A stretch of DNA of 64,000 nucleotides from an uncultured delta proteobacterium (GTDB taxonomy: Bacteria > Myxococcota_A > Polyangia > Polyangiales > B10-G4). Every line of letters begins with the position of its first letter. Position 1 is the stretch's first letter. Below, in pieces: positions 63,207-64,000 of this stretch. Where the stretch lies: the NCBI GenBank assembly GCA_963727445.1, contig CAVSGI010000015.1, positions 402,682 to 466,681 on the forward strand. The letters are read 5' to 3'. Below the pieces are notes generated by a model, which searched no databases, was not told the DNA's origin, and saw only the letters and a list, made by a program, of their open reading frames with translations. The translations under genes and the position numbers were made by a program.

Positions 63207-63905
63207 TCAGGAAGGCCCGATCCCGAGGTCTCTTCGCACGTCGTCGAGGGGCCGCTCCCAGTGGTCTTCCCACACGACCGCCGGCAGGAACGCGCTCTTC
63301 TTCCCACGTCGCGCCCCGCGGATCACGTCGCGGAAGACGCCGCGGTAGCCGTTGTCGAGCATGTACCGGAGCGCACCACCGAAGGCGATCATCCCCGAGC
63401 CCGGCATCCCGGTGACGCGCCAGGTGAAGGCCTGGAGCGCGAGCTCGCCGCGGACGTCGGTGCCGTAGCCCGTCACGACGTGCCACAGGTCGTGGCTTTG
63501 TCGCACGCGCTTCGAGATGTACGCCGGCATCGAGGGCAGGCCGGGCGGCGCTTGGAAGATGTCCGGGTCGAGGCCGTGATCGTCGAGGAAGCGAACGTAG
63601 GCGCCGCCGAGGGTGTCGGGCGGCAGCGCCCGCAGCGCGTCGAAGTCGACGTGGGCCGAGTCGATGGTCGGCTGCTCGCGAAGGAGCCGAGCGCCTCCCT
63701 CGTCGGACGCGATGCGGGCGAGGAAACGCGGGAAGCGCGGGGCGTTGGCCGCGAGACCGATGAGGAAGGCCTGCTCCGTGTCGTCGGGATCGCGCAGGAG
63801 CTTTCGGAGGGCGCGGGCGGCGATGCGCACCCGTGCCTTCACATTGCCCTCGAGGGCGGCCCGCGCCGCATCTGCCTGGGTGGGATCCGTAGTGATTTCG
63901 TTCAT
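63207..63905 (-). CDS. Coq4-like protein
   Basis: LRALPPDTLGGAY and SHDLWHVVTGYGTDVRGE (HDxxH..E); ATG 63905 with GAGGAGG RBS. Confidence 0.85.
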   Translation of the reverse strand: MNEITTDPTQADAARAALEGNVKARVRIAARALRKLLRDPDDTEQAFLIGLAANAPRFPRFLARIASDEGGARLLREQPTIDSAHVDFDALRALPPDTLGGAYVRFLDDHGLDPDIFQAPPGLPSMPAYISKRVRQSHDLWHVVTGYGTDVRGELALQAFTWRVTGMPGSGMIAFGGALRYMLDNGYRGVFRDVIRGARRGKKSAFLPAVVWEDHWERPLDDVRRDLGIGPS

Positions 63906-63924
63906 CTCGATGCCCTCCTCGCTA

Positions 63925-63974
63925 TTGTCAGTCTTGAAAATAGGAGCCGGCAATCTCATTGTCAACGTTGCCAA
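63925..63974. promoter_or_regulatory. Two related palindromic operator-like sites upstream of the Coq4-like gene
   Basis: TTGTCA-GTCT-TGAAAA (63925-63940) and TTGTCA-ACGT-TGCCAA (63959-63974) in an AT-rich patch. Confidence 0.55.
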
Positions 63975-64000
63975 CAAAACTTCATAATCGGGGGTGGCCA

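Overview
Very GC-rich, gene-dense chromosomal segment. It most likely comes from a myxobacterium (Polyangiales/Sandaracinaceae-like); this is inferred from four Hanks-type Ser/Thr kinases, about 13 Asp/Gly/Cys-rich lipoproteins, a MYXO-CTERM-like protease and a mevalonate pathway. About 47 genes are supported. Recognisable content includes a mevalonate operon (prenyl synthase-mvk-mvd-pmk-class II HMG-CoA reductase) with a divergent type-2 IDI, ttcA, an L-Ala-D/L-Glu epimerase, an OPT transporter, two MscS-family genes, a hybrid kinase and a radical SAM enzyme. No rRNA, tRNA, CRISPR array, transposase or prophage was seen. Highlights: (1) an EF-hand NOX5-like flavocytochrome translationally coupled to a pentaheme c-type cytochrome lipoprotein; (2) an operon of two cation:proton antiporter-like genes, one fused to a long helical region and a degenerate AAA/winged-helix module, coupled to MscS; (3) an apparently circularly permuted esterase lipoprotein; (4) two different GGGGAC-terminated REP/REPIN-like repeat clusters; (5) two Coq4-like genes; (6) a tandem double-GGDEF protein; (7) an orphan AbiEii-like nucleotidyltransferase inside the mevalonate locus. 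Five genes carry apparent single-base frameshifts that look like assembly indel errors. All product calls come from motif reading, not database searches.
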